A model generated the notes under the pieces. That model searched no databases. It had not been told where the DNA came from and saw nothing but the letters and a program-made list of their open reading frames with translations. Source: a virus (Duplodnaviria; Caudoviricetes). Taken from it: a stretch of 49,619 bases of DNA. Of this stretch, positions 36,871 to 45,988 are shown piece after piece; position 1 is the first letter of the stretch, and each line of letters begins with the position of its first letter. Location: positions 1-49,619 of IMG/VR virus record IMGVR_UViG_3300032239_001017; one strand, written 5' to 3'. The position numbers and the translations under genes are program-made.

Positions 36871-37336
36871 GCCGATAGTAGGGATAGACCCAGTTGATTT
36901 TAAATCACTTGATAGTTCAAGAATCTATTGGGACAAACAAAACGAGACATGGATTGTCGGTAATGGTAATACAGCACACTGCCATCTGTACGGCCAGCCA
37001 GTCTCCGTTCTTCCATCTACTGGAAATGTTTCATGGAACTCCCCATCAGATTTAGGCAAAGGAAAGCAGCGCTCCAAATACCAATCAGAATTGGACCTTG
37101 AATTCAATAGGTCAGAATTTTGCGCCTACATGTATATTCTTGGTTTTTCTGATGATGATATTAGCGTGTTAAAAATTGACGAAATTGTTGACAAAGTGCG
37201 CAATATATATAAATATAAGCATGGCCAGCCATCTGATACGGCCAGTCAAACATTTATCAAGCGCAAAAATATTGCGCTGTTGAGGGGGATACGCAGGTCT
37301 CATCATAGGGTTCAGGTGATTACTGATGGAAACTAA
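36860..37336 (+). CDS. Hypothetical protein
   Basis: Overlap-coupled 158-aa ORF. Confidence 0.6.
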   Translation: MHNEPIVGIDPVDFKSLDSSRIYWDKQNETWIVGNGNTAHCHLYGQPVSVLPSTGNVSWNSPSDLGKGKQRSKYQSELDLEFNRSEFCAYMYILGFSDDDISVLKIDEIVDKVRNIYKYKHGQPSDTASQTFIKRKNIALLRGIRRSHHRVQVITDGN

Positions 37337-38051
37337 CTACAACCTGTCCAAACTTGCAGATATATTTTCAAATACTCCATCGCATAAAGATGATTTCCCT
37401 GGAAAATACTATGGGTATTCGTCAAAGTTGATGGCAGAGCATACGGCTTCAATTAACTTTGATAGGAGAAATATAGCAACTGGTGGAGTTGATATGGCTA
37501 TATTCCCGTGGGAGATGTTTGAAGATACAAATGAAAGAACATTTAGGACATACACAATCTCACAAGTATTTCAAGACCTAATTTACGGTCTTAAAAATCC
37601 ATCAAGCGTTTTGATTTGTGGGCCAGATTATTCAAGCACGAGAGTCGCTCAATGCTGTGAAGGTGGGGTTAAAACCACATTGCTAAACGGCATTTCATTG
37701 GACAATTTTGAAAAGTGCTTTACATCAATAAATAAAAGATTTTCAAAGTTGAAGTATGATGTACTAACAATGCAAGATGTTGTCGGCGGCTGCAAAAGCA
37801 GATTCGACTTGATTGAAATTTGGGCAAATCAAATTGATATGTCTTTGTCGCGGGCTGAATACTTCGTTGACATGCTTAGCGATAATGGCCTAATGCTCAT
37901 AAACGGAACATCAGATTGGGCATTCTTGTATGACAATGACACATACGGACATCCTATGCACGACCTACATGAAGAATTAAAGAGCAATGATTCTCTATTT
38001 ATTTACCATATACCCCTGCATTATGGATTTACGATTGTGACTAAAAAGTGA
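37326..38051 (+). CDS. Divergent class I SAM-methyltransferase-fold protein
   Basis: KNPSSVLICG...FDLIEI...DMLSDNGLMLIN...GFTIVTK pattern; glycine-rich motif I is degenerate. Confidence 0.5.
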   Translation: METNYNLSKLADIFSNTPSHKDDFPGKYYGYSSKLMAEHTASINFDRRNIATGGVDMAIFPWEMFEDTNERTFRTYTISQVFQDLIYGLKNPSSVLICGPDYSSTRVAQCCEGGVKTTLLNGISLDNFEKCFTSINKRFSKLKYDVLTMQDVVGGCKSRFDLIEIWANQIDMSLSRAEYFVDMLSDNGLMLINGTSDWAFLYDNDTYGHPMHDLHEELKSNDSLFIYHIPLHYGFTIVTKK

Positions 38052-38728
38052 AAGTAATAGACGATTTTATTAAGGACAAGTCCCTTCTGCAAGAGATAAG
38101 AGACGATAAGTCATTTTTCCCAGAGTCTATGGGGGATGCAGAAAAGGTGAACTATTCCGTCCATCAATACCATGACCCAGAGTCAAAGTATTTTTCACCA
38201 TATATGTTCTGGGATGGATGGTGGAACTCTCCAGCAAACACCTTAAAAAAGCGTGTAATTAGAGAAATATGGGAGAATAATCTTCCTCTTCCAGTAGATG
38301 AAATATGCGGATTTGAATATTGGGCAAAAACATTTAAGCCTGGTCAGTACTTGGCACCACACATCGATGAGGATTCTCATTTGTATAAAGAGCAAAGTGT
38401 GTTCAGCGGTCCACTTATTGGATGCGTTTATTACCCAGATTTCGAAGAGGTAGAAGGTGGATTCCTTGAACTTCATGAGTTTAGGCTTGAAGACGGCACC
38501 CCACTAGCCCTGGAGCGTGGGAAATTAGAATCAGTTCTTTCTCCCATTGAAAAGAGGGAGAGAATTGCTCACAGACCAAATAGGTTAGTCATTTTTGATG
38601 CTGGACATATTCTACATAATACTACTCCAACAATCAGCGGCACTCGACGTGTATTAATAGTGAATGTTTGGTCGAATGCAAATAAGCCACTAGCATTGGA
38701 TAATAACGGTTTTTACTTGGAGAATTAA
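38048..38728 (+). CDS. 2OG-Fe(II) oxygenase (P4H-like)
   Basis: GFEYW...HID...VYY...GG.L...PNRLVIFD...H...R. Confidence 0.85.
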   Translation: MKVIDDFIKDKSLLQEIRDDKSFFPESMGDAEKVNYSVHQYHDPESKYFSPYMFWDGWWNSPANTLKKRVIREIWENNLPLPVDEICGFEYWAKTFKPGQYLAPHIDEDSHLYKEQSVFSGPLIGCVYYPDFEEVEGGFLELHEFRLEDGTPLALERGKLESVLSPIEKRERIAHRPNRLVIFDAGHILHNTTPTISGTRRVLIVNVWSNANKPLALDNNGFYLEN

Positions 38729-39379
38729 ATGAATAAAGAAATTCAGGTTGAGTATCTTGGCGACCCAAAGTTGGGAATGCTTATCTACAGGAACATGTTG
38801 AGCCGAGATATGAATTTAGTAGAGCGCCTTGAAAAAACAATTGGCGAAAGCACAAAACCACCATTTATGTGGATGGATGCATTAGTTGGCGATTCTGTAA
38901 AAATGCCAGAGTACAGAGATTGCGTAGATTGCAAACTTGGTGATGGTTATATGGAGAATCTCCCAGAAGAATTTGCTGAGTTGCGCAATATCTATAACGA
39001 CACAGTTGAAAAATTGACAGCCTGCCTAAATCACTATCAGGGTCTCTATAACATCAACATGCAGTACAGAGAAGCAATCAATTATGTAAGGTACAAGCCT
39101 GGGCAGCATTTTCAGGTTCACTCAGACGATGGATTTTCTTATAACTGCACCCTCTCATCTGTTATGTACTTAAACGATGAATATGAAGGTGGTGAGTTGT
39201 GGTTCCCATATCTAGACCTAACGCTAAAACCATCATATGGAGATATCGTGCTTTTCCCATCGACATTCATTTTTGCGCATGCCTCAAAGAAGGTGGTGTC
39301 TGGGACCAAGTATGCCGCTGTTACAATGTTTGACTGGAACGATAGAACACACCAAACACCAGGACAACAATATGCATAG
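38729..39379 (+). CDS. Prolyl-4-hydroxylase-like 2OG-Fe(II) oxygenase
   Basis: HSD...YLNDEYEGGEL...FPS...HAS..V.SGTKY. Confidence 0.92.
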   Translation: MNKEIQVEYLGDPKLGMLIYRNMLSRDMNLVERLEKTIGESTKPPFMWMDALVGDSVKMPEYRDCVDCKLGDGYMENLPEEFAELRNIYNDTVEKLTACLNHYQGLYNINMQYREAINYVRYKPGQHFQVHSDDGFSYNCTLSSVMYLNDEYEGGELWFPYLDLTLKPSYGDIVLFPSTFIFAHASKKVVSGTKYAAVTMFDWNDRTHQTPGQQYA

Positions 39380-39680
39380 TGAAAATTACGGACATAGTTT
39401 TGTTATCTCAGCAAGCACGCCATTTGGAAGCGAAGATTTTCTTTTGCTCATAGATGATATAGCAAAAGAAGCAGAGATATCAAACCAGCGCGGAAGCGCC
39501 AAATTTAAGGACTATTCAATTGAGCAGGATTCATTCTGCGCAACATTTAATGTTGAGACTCCAATGACGACAAGCATTGAGATTGCCTTTCAGAAATTAG
39601 ATGGGAAAGATATTTACACTGGAAAAGTAAACATTGGCGGATTTATGACAACGCCAATTACGGTAAAGAGGCACTTGTGA
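39372..39680 (+). CDS. Hypothetical beta-rich protein
   Basis: Start at ATG 39372 (MHSENYG...), coupled on both sides. Confidence 0.55.
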   Translation: MHSENYGHSFVISASTPFGSEDFLLLIDDIAKEAEISNQRGSAKFKDYSIEQDSFCATFNVETPMTTSIEIAFQKLDGKDIYTGKVNIGGFMTTPITVKRHL

Positions 39681-40291
39681 ACTTCGCATATGATATGAGC
39701 ATTTCGTCAATTGACGGACAGGAAAATATTCTTGAGTCAGTAAAAGGAAAAGTTTCGCTATTCGTTAATATTGCATCTAAATCTGGGTATGAACCAAAGT
39801 GCAGCAGGCTGTGGTCATATGCCAGAACCTCTAGGCAACTTTGGGAACTTCAACAAGTTCACGATGAATTTAAAGATAGAGGATTTAGCGTTGTAGGTTT
39901 TCCGTGCAATCAGTTTGGCGAGATGGAGCCGCGAAGTAATAAAGAGATTTCTGCCTTTATTTCATGCAACTATCCATTTGTTACTTTTCCGATAACAGAA
40001 AAAATTGAAGTGAACGGTCCAAATGAGCACCCAATTTATACTTATCTAAAGGGGCCAGAGTTGCGTAACTTCAGTGACAATACTGCAGATTCTTCGGACA
40101 CTGCTCAACGTGGACAAAACAAAGCCATGCAGGCAATGATGCGTATTCCGCACAACTGGGAAAAGTTTTTGCTTAGTAGGGATGGAGTTTTTATTTCTCG
40201 TTTCAACTGGCAAGACTGGCCACTGGCAGATAAACCTCTTGTGCATGGTGCTGCTTGGACAATCAGAGAAGCAATAGACGCGGTGCTATAA
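39677..40291 (+). CDS. Glutathione peroxidase-family protein with non-canonical active site
   Basis: KGKVSLFVNIASKSG, GFPCNQFG, KIEVNG...HPIYTYL, HNWEKFL. Confidence 0.88.
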   Translation: MNFAYDMSISSIDGQENILESVKGKVSLFVNIASKSGYEPKCSRLWSYARTSRQLWELQQVHDEFKDRGFSVVGFPCNQFGEMEPRSNKEISAFISCNYPFVTFPITEKIEVNGPNEHPIYTYLKGPELRNFSDNTADSSDTAQRGQNKAMQAMMRIPHNWEKFLLSRDGVFISRFNWQDWPLADKPLVHGAAWTIREAIDAVL

Positions 40292-40292
40292 A

Positions 40293-41210
40293 ATGGAAAT
40301 TGAGAATCTCGGAGGAGGAGTTCTCGTTTTCAAAAGCATGGTTGATATAGACCATGAATCTTTGATGCCGTACTTGGCAGAACTGCATGAAAAAGCGGTT
40401 CATGAGGATTTTACTATTATCCACGATGATGATGGTAAAGAACTTTATGCGATAAATAGGTCTGGTCACAGATACCCATTGAAAGATATTTTTCGCGTAA
40501 ACCGCATAATGAATTTTGCACCAGATGACGTAGAAGATGATAAATATAAGTTTTTCAATTCATGCGAAGAGGCAATTTATTCATCTTTAATTCGATATGT
40601 TGAACAGTTCCCCACAGTTCTCCCATCCCTATGGTGGAAAACTCAAGGACATATTGTTGCGTATAGGAGTGGAAGCGATATGGGTTTCCATTCAGATAAT
40701 GATATTAATTATCAGCCAGATGCCATACCAGATATGCAGGTTGCAATCAGGCATGTAGTTGGTGCAATTCTATATTTCAACGATTCTGTTGACTCAATAG
40801 ACAATATCGGGGAGTTTGGATATGTTGGCGGAGAAATTGAATTTCCATACCTAGGAGTCACATACAAGCCAAAATCGGGTGACATCATAATGTTCCCATC
40901 AAATTACATGGGTACACATCGAGTAAAAAGATGCGACGGAAATTCTAGGTATGCCTATATAGCGTACTTTTCACATGGTTCAGAGGATATTGCAAGAGGC
41001 GTTTCACCTTCTGCAAAAACTGGAAAATTGCTTTCTTCACAGGTTTGGATGCCAGAAATATTTAAGGATTATAAAGAATATATTAAGGAAAAGTATGGGG
41101 ATTTTTTAGACTATGAACATCTCCTGACGCTTCCATTAAATAGAATACATAAAAGCAATGGCACAATCGAAGAAGTTATAAAGGAAAAGAATAAGAATGA
41201 TTTACAATAA
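40293..41210 (+). CDS. Prolyl-4-hydroxylase-like 2OG-Fe(II) oxygenase
   Basis: HSD...YFND...GGEI...FPSNY...H.V...RY. Confidence 0.9.
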   Translation: MEIENLGGGVLVFKSMVDIDHESLMPYLAELHEKAVHEDFTIIHDDDGKELYAINRSGHRYPLKDIFRVNRIMNFAPDDVEDDKYKFFNSCEEAIYSSLIRYVEQFPTVLPSLWWKTQGHIVAYRSGSDMGFHSDNDINYQPDAIPDMQVAIRHVVGAILYFNDSVDSIDNIGEFGYVGGEIEFPYLGVTYKPKSGDIIMFPSNYMGTHRVKRCDGNSRYAYIAYFSHGSEDIARGVSPSAKTGKLLSSQVWMPEIFKDYKEYIKEKYGDFLDYEHLLTLPLNRIHKSNGTIEEVIKEKNKNDLQ

Positions 41211-42057
41211 TGTTCATGCGGAGCATCTTGGCGGCGGAGTAGTTGTATTCAGGGATGCATTGACATTCGATTTTGACTGGGCATGCAATTTTGCTGAAGG
41301 TGCAGTTGCTGCCGAAATGGCAGATATGTACAAAGAAGGAATCGACCCAGAAACTGGGAAAAAGGGATTTATTAATAAAAGTGGTTATTTCTTTGACTAC
41401 GAAGACACTATGAATATGCCACGTCGTGGCTCATCAATTCATAGAGATGCAAGGCCAGAAGTTGTAGAGTTCTTAAAATTCCTTGAAAAATCAAAGGATA
41501 AGTACCTACTTAAATACCTTGTGCAGTTTCCACTTGCCTATAAAAACATATGGTGGAAAGTGAAGGGGCATATTGTCTCGTATTCTGTGGACCACGGCGG
41601 AAGATTTCTTGGTCCTCACTCTGATACGAGTGCTGATTATGCCTATGGATACCCACATCCATCAGACCAATTGGCTACCAGAAACACGCTTTCGTGCATC
41701 GTCTATCTGAATGATAATTTTATTGGCGGAAGTCATTTTTTCAATTATCTAAACATCAGATATCAGGCAAACCGTGGAGACATTTTAATGTTTCCATCTA
41801 ACTTTGTTGCTGCCCACGAGGTTAGACCAGTCACCCACGGAAGTAGGTATACATATCTTGGTTGGTATGCACACGGTTCTCCAAATGCAGAAGTTAATGA
41901 ATTTATAGCAGACCCAGTATCACAGCCAGAACTTGCAAAAGTATCAACAAATGTATACATGCCTACATTGCGTGATGATTTTAGAGCACATCTTGAAGAG
42001 ACTAATGTGAATAAAAATTGGCCAGCATGGCACCTAGTGGAAAACATGCACTCATGA
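41197..42057 (+). CDS. Prolyl-4-hydroxylase-like 2OG-Fe(II) oxygenase
   Basis: HSD...YLND...GG...FPSNF..HEV..VT.G.RY. Confidence 0.9.
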   Translation: MIYNNVHAEHLGGGVVVFRDALTFDFDWACNFAEGAVAAEMADMYKEGIDPETGKKGFINKSGYFFDYEDTMNMPRRGSSIHRDARPEVVEFLKFLEKSKDKYLLKYLVQFPLAYKNIWWKVKGHIVSYSVDHGGRFLGPHSDTSADYAYGYPHPSDQLATRNTLSCIVYLNDNFIGGSHFFNYLNIRYQANRGDILMFPSNFVAAHEVRPVTHGSRYTYLGWYAHGSPNAEVNEFIADPVSQPELAKVSTNVYMPTLRDDFRAHLEETNVNKNWPAWHLVENMHS

Positions 42058-42791
42058 AAATTGAGCATCTTGGGAACGGTGTCGTTGTGTTCAGAAATTT
42101 AGTTTCAGATATAAATTCATTTGACATTAGTTTAATAGAAAAAAATTGTCAACCTCAAGGGTTTACTAGCGTAGAGGGTAAATTATATACAGAAGGCGGA
42201 CATGAGTATGACCCAGACGTTAATGAGATTAATTACCCGCTGAGGTTTTCTCAAAACATATATGACGTTGAATTTACCGAGAAACTTATAAGCGCTATAT
42301 ATAATGCAGCGGTAATTTATTGCAGAATCTTTCCCTCGGCAATTGAGTGCGTAACAGAGCATCAACAGTTCCACTATATAAAGTATAAAAAAAATGCGCT
42401 CATTGGAGCCCATTCTGATTGCTCGGCGTCGTATAAAAATAACTCAATAGAAGTTTTGTCGAATAAGGCAATAACAAATACGCTAAGCACATCGATTCTT
42501 TTAAATGATGAATTCGAAGGCGGGAATTTTGAATTTCCAATTTTGGGTGCTGAAGTAGAATTGAGCGCTGGAGATGGGATTATTTTCCCCTCAAACTTCA
42601 TTGGGTGTCATGGAATAAAAGAGATAACTTCAGGAACAAGATGGGCATTTTTGTCGTTCTTTTCTCATGCAAGGACCGACTTCTCTACTCTCGGAGATAG
42701 AAATAATAAATATGAATGGTTAAAAAAGTTTAGAAGCGAAGTAAATGATGGAAACTACGGTCAGCAAAAAGTTGAGGTTGGAGTAATATGA
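42054..42791 (+). CDS. Prolyl-4-hydroxylase-like 2OG-Fe(II) oxygenase
   Basis: HSD...LNDEFEGG...FPSNF..HGI..ITSGTRW; ATGA start at 42054. Confidence 0.9.
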   Translation: MKIEHLGNGVVVFRNLVSDINSFDISLIEKNCQPQGFTSVEGKLYTEGGHEYDPDVNEINYPLRFSQNIYDVEFTEKLISAIYNAAVIYCRIFPSAIECVTEHQQFHYIKYKKNALIGAHSDCSASYKNNSIEVLSNKAITNTLSTSILLNDEFEGGNFEFPILGAEVELSAGDGIIFPSNFIGCHGIKEITSGTRWAFLSFFSHARTDFSTLGDRNNKYEWLKKFRSEVNDGNYGQQKVEVGVI

Positions 42792-43537
42792 TTGTCACTC
42801 ATCTTGGAAATGGAATTGTCAAGTTCGATGGCGTCTTTGATATAGACAAAGAGCATTTTGAACTATTCAAACAAAGCCTTGAAAAAACTACGAGACGAGA
42901 AAGCCAAGTTCCAGATTCGGACGGCTCCATTCGCACCGAAGGTGGATATACGATTCCAATTGAATTGATTAAGTATTCTCCAACTAGGTATACCGACCTT
43001 TCTTCGTTTGAAGGAAAAGATAAGGAATTAGTTTTAACTCTTCAGCAAGCAATGCACAAGTGCGTGGTCGAATATTGTAAGTTATTCCCAGTTGTTATTG
43101 AAAACATTAGATGGGTTACTAATGGGTATATCATCAAGTATGAAAATGGACAGTGTATTGGTCCGCACTCTGACTGCAATATTGCCTATGCCGAAGATAA
43201 TGTGACACCAATAAATACAGTTCCAATTTATAATGTGCTTACAGTTGGTGCATTTTTAAATGATGATTTTGTCGGTGGTCAGATTTCTTACAGACCATGG
43301 GGAATAAACACTACTCCAGGAACTGGCTCGGTACTTGTATACCCATCTTCATACATGGGCTGTCATGAGGTATCTCCAGTTACAGAAGGAGAACGATACG
43401 CATATTTGCGTTGGTATGGCCATGGGGAACCACCATTCACAATCAATGAGAGCGTAATGCACATTATGGAAGATTTTAAAACAAGGAATACAGAGCAAAA
43501 ATTAGTTCTGACTGGGAAACTTTACGAGACTGAATAA
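42788..43537 (+). CDS. Prolyl-4-hydroxylase-like 2OG-Fe(II) oxygenase
   Basis: HSD...FLNDDFVGG...YPS...HEV..VTEGERY. Confidence 0.9.
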   Translation: MIVTHLGNGIVKFDGVFDIDKEHFELFKQSLEKTTRRESQVPDSDGSIRTEGGYTIPIELIKYSPTRYTDLSSFEGKDKELVLTLQQAMHKCVVEYCKLFPVVIENIRWVTNGYIIKYENGQCIGPHSDCNIAYAEDNVTPINTVPIYNVLTVGAFLNDDFVGGQISYRPWGINTTPGTGSVLVYPSSYMGCHEVSPVTEGERYAYLRWYGHGEPPFTINESVMHIMEDFKTRNTEQKLVLTGKLYETE

Positions 43538-44148
43538 CTCTGCCAGTCTGAATAGTCCATTACATTCCATTTTTTTACAACCCAAAAGGTACTGGTTACA
43601 AGTCTGTCTCCAGACTTTATTTCCCTAACACCATGTGAAAAGTTGGCAGCGGATGGGAATAAAAGAAGGGAACCCGCTGAAGGTTTGAATTCAATTCCGT
43701 ACTGGGTGAAATATATTTCCCCACCGTCGTAATCATCGTTAAAGTAAAGCACGTTGCTTAGGTCGCGCCACGATTCGCATACCTTGTCGGCATGCTCATT
43801 AAGTGAGGTTCCAGGCTTATACCTTGCAATAGCAACTATCTCGGAGTATCCAGAATCTGGATTTATCTCACAGTCAAATATTTGCTCTAAAAGCGGATAA
43901 ATCTTATTACGGTATTTTCTAAGTATGTGCGTTGTTGGAGTCTCCCGATTCCCGTGAACGCTAGATATCGACTCAATTGGAATAAGCGGATTTGACTCAA
44001 CGAACTCTGCTGTTTTGCAAAACTCTTGAACAATTTCAAGGTCTTCTTTGGATATGAAATTCTCAATTAAATGAATATGTTTTTTATCTTCTTGATTGAT
44101 GACAACATCTTCCCATCCATCATAAATATACAAATCGGTGTTTTTCAT
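43522..44148 (-). CDS. Prolyl-4-hydroxylase-like 2OG-Fe(II) oxygenase
   Basis: HAD...YFNDDYDGGEI...FPS...HGV..IKSGDR. Confidence 0.9.
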   Translation of the reverse strand: MKNTDLYIYDGWEDVVINQEDKKHIHLIENFISKEDLEIVQEFCKTAEFVESNPLIPIESISSVHGNRETPTTHILRKYRNKIYPLLEQIFDCEINPDSGYSEIVAIARYKPGTSLNEHADKVCESWRDLSNVLYFNDDYDGGEIYFTQYGIEFKPSAGSLLLFPSAANFSHGVREIKSGDRLVTSTFWVVKKWNVMDYSDWQSYSVS

Positions 44149-44149
44149 A

Positions 44150-44944
44150 CTACGCTTCCGTTAAAACTGGAGATTGCCCAATTTCAATCTTATTATAAAT
44201 TCGCTCACCGTGACCATAGCCACCCATAACGGCGTGGGCGACAGAACGATTATCCCAAACAACTAGGTCGTTGTCTTCCCAAGATATTTCAATCATATTT
44301 TCTTTTTGTTCAAATATGTTAAGAAGTTTTAATTTATACTCAACCCACTTGTCGTTATCTTTTGCAACAGTATTTTGACCGTTGTAGAATACTGACAGTT
44401 TTCCAGTAACTGGATGAACCCTGATTGATGGATGCATAAATTCTGGCTTCCTATACATCGGAGACTCATTTGTGTCAGCATTCCATCCTGGAGAAACCAT
44501 TTTTTCAATAAAGTCAATATCTTTTTGGTCGAGGCAGTCGTAAGTCCTCTCTAGGTCAACAAATCTTGTATTTCCACCAGAGGTTGAACTTTTTGTCATA
44601 TGCATGCAACTTATATCTATTACTAACTCTTTCCAAGAATCGTCGACATGCCACCTATCTACGCCCCACCTAGAAAAGTATTCATTAGCAAAAGGTAAGC
44701 GTTTGTTATTTAACCCATAAAATTCAAATAACTGCCTGCTGGTTCTTCCTTCTTCCGACATCAAATAATCTGAATCACCATGAATCTGCTTCAAAATTCC
44801 AATAATGTCTTCAAACGGAAGTTGGACATTTTTGAATATAAGAACCTTCCTACTGAGCAGGTCGTTTTTTATTGAATCAATATTCCGCTCAAATGAATCA
44901 ATATCAAATTTGATATACGCTTTCCCAAACGGAGCATAAGACAT
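44150..44944 (-). CDS. TauD/TfdA-family dioxygenase
   Basis: WHVD, GGNTRF, HPSIRVHPVTG, WEDNDLVVWDNRSVAH; likely start MSYAPF. Confidence 0.9.
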   Translation of the reverse strand: MSYAPFGKAYIKFDIDSFERNIDSIKNDLLSRKVLIFKNVQLPFEDIIGILKQIHGDSDYLMSEEGRTSRQLFEFYGLNNKRLPFANEYFSRWGVDRWHVDDSWKELVIDISCMHMTKSSTSGGNTRFVDLERTYDCLDQKDIDFIEKMVSPGWNADTNESPMYRKPEFMHPSIRVHPVTGKLSVFYNGQNTVAKDNDKWVEYKLKLLNIFEQKENMIEISWEDNDLVVWDNRSVAHAVMGGYGHGERIYNKIEIGQSPVLTEA

Positions 44945-44949
44945 AAGTA

Positions 44950-45939
44950 CTATTCTTTCCCAATCTCCTGGGCGGTATGAGTTCCACCATACTGAGTGAC
45001 GCATCTATTCTGGAAAACTGGATTTGAGCCAACCTCTAACCCCTCTGTAGGATTAGACCAAGGTGAATACTCAGACTTGCAATACTTTTCGTAGTCATCA
45101 TAAATTTCGTCAAACCAAACTGGAGGACACCATTCAGTGCTGTCCTTTGATTCTACGATTCTAATATTTGCGTCTGCGTCATCAGCGCCTTGTCCAAAGA
45201 ATGTCAAATACGCATAGCGTGTTCCAGCGGTCATCTTTGTTACACCATGAGATACGACGTAGTTCGTTGGAAAGAAAACGATGTCTCCCTTCTTGGGTTT
45301 ATATTCAATGCCCAGATATGGGAACTTAAGACTTCCACCGCAAAAGTTTTCTCCATTTATCTCTTCCTCTGTCTCGACTTGGTCATTGAAATATGCCAAT
45401 GCTCCAGCGGTTTGGCGTGATGCGACCATGCCCTTTGGGTAATACCTAACTCCACCAGTTACTTTGTAGTTAGTGTCATTATCTTGGTGCCAACCCAGTA
45501 TCCCTTGCCCGCTGTATCTGAGTACATGTCCGCGAGTTTTCCACCACAGACTTCCAATTATCAATGGGAACATGTCTATGTAACGAAGGAGGCACTTATA
45601 GATTGTGTCTTCTAGATAGACAAAATAATCTGTAATTTCCTGTGGGGTTTTATCAGTTACTGGTGCTAAAAGACGAACTGGAGCGGCAGGAACATCTTCC
45701 ATCCTATACCTAAAGCCATCTTCGTTGATTCCATACTCAATTCCGTCTTCAGCGGTGATGTAGTTCCATCGTCCCTTGTGTGCCTCCTCGGCGCAATCAT
45801 CAATATGCGATAAAACAAATTTTTCAACATCAAATACATTCCTGAAAACTACAATTCCACTTCCAAGGTCTTCAACTTGGTATTTGCTTATTTCTAGCAA
45901 TTCATCAGGACCGATTTTTGGCGTTGATGGAAATATCAT
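44950..45939 (-). CDS. Prolyl-4-hydroxylase-like 2OG-Fe(II) oxygenase
   Basis: HQD...YFND...GG.L...FPTNY..HGV...GTRY. Confidence 0.9.
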   Translation of the reverse strand: MIFPSTPKIGPDELLEISKYQVEDLGSGIVVFRNVFDVEKFVLSHIDDCAEEAHKGRWNYITAEDGIEYGINEDGFRYRMEDVPAAPVRLLAPVTDKTPQEITDYFVYLEDTIYKCLLRYIDMFPLIIGSLWWKTRGHVLRYSGQGILGWHQDNDTNYKVTGGVRYYPKGMVASRQTAGALAYFNDQVETEEEINGENFCGGSLKFPYLGIEYKPKKGDIVFFPTNYVVSHGVTKMTAGTRYAYLTFFGQGADDADANIRIVESKDSTEWCPPVWFDEIYDDYEKYCKSEYSPWSNPTEGLEVGSNPVFQNRCVTQYGGTHTAQEIGKE

Positions 45940-45988
45940 TCCTCAATAGTACCAGAGAACCCTACATATGGGCTATACTCTCCAGACA

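Noticed and set aside
39770-39800. Selenocysteine in the GPx homologue
   Set aside because: The codon at the peroxidatic position is TCT (Ser), not TGA.
34479-45939. Ten PP dipeptides matching ten P4H-like genes one-to-one
   Set aside because: Probably numerical coincidence; identical repeats could not easily be distinguished by separate enzymes.
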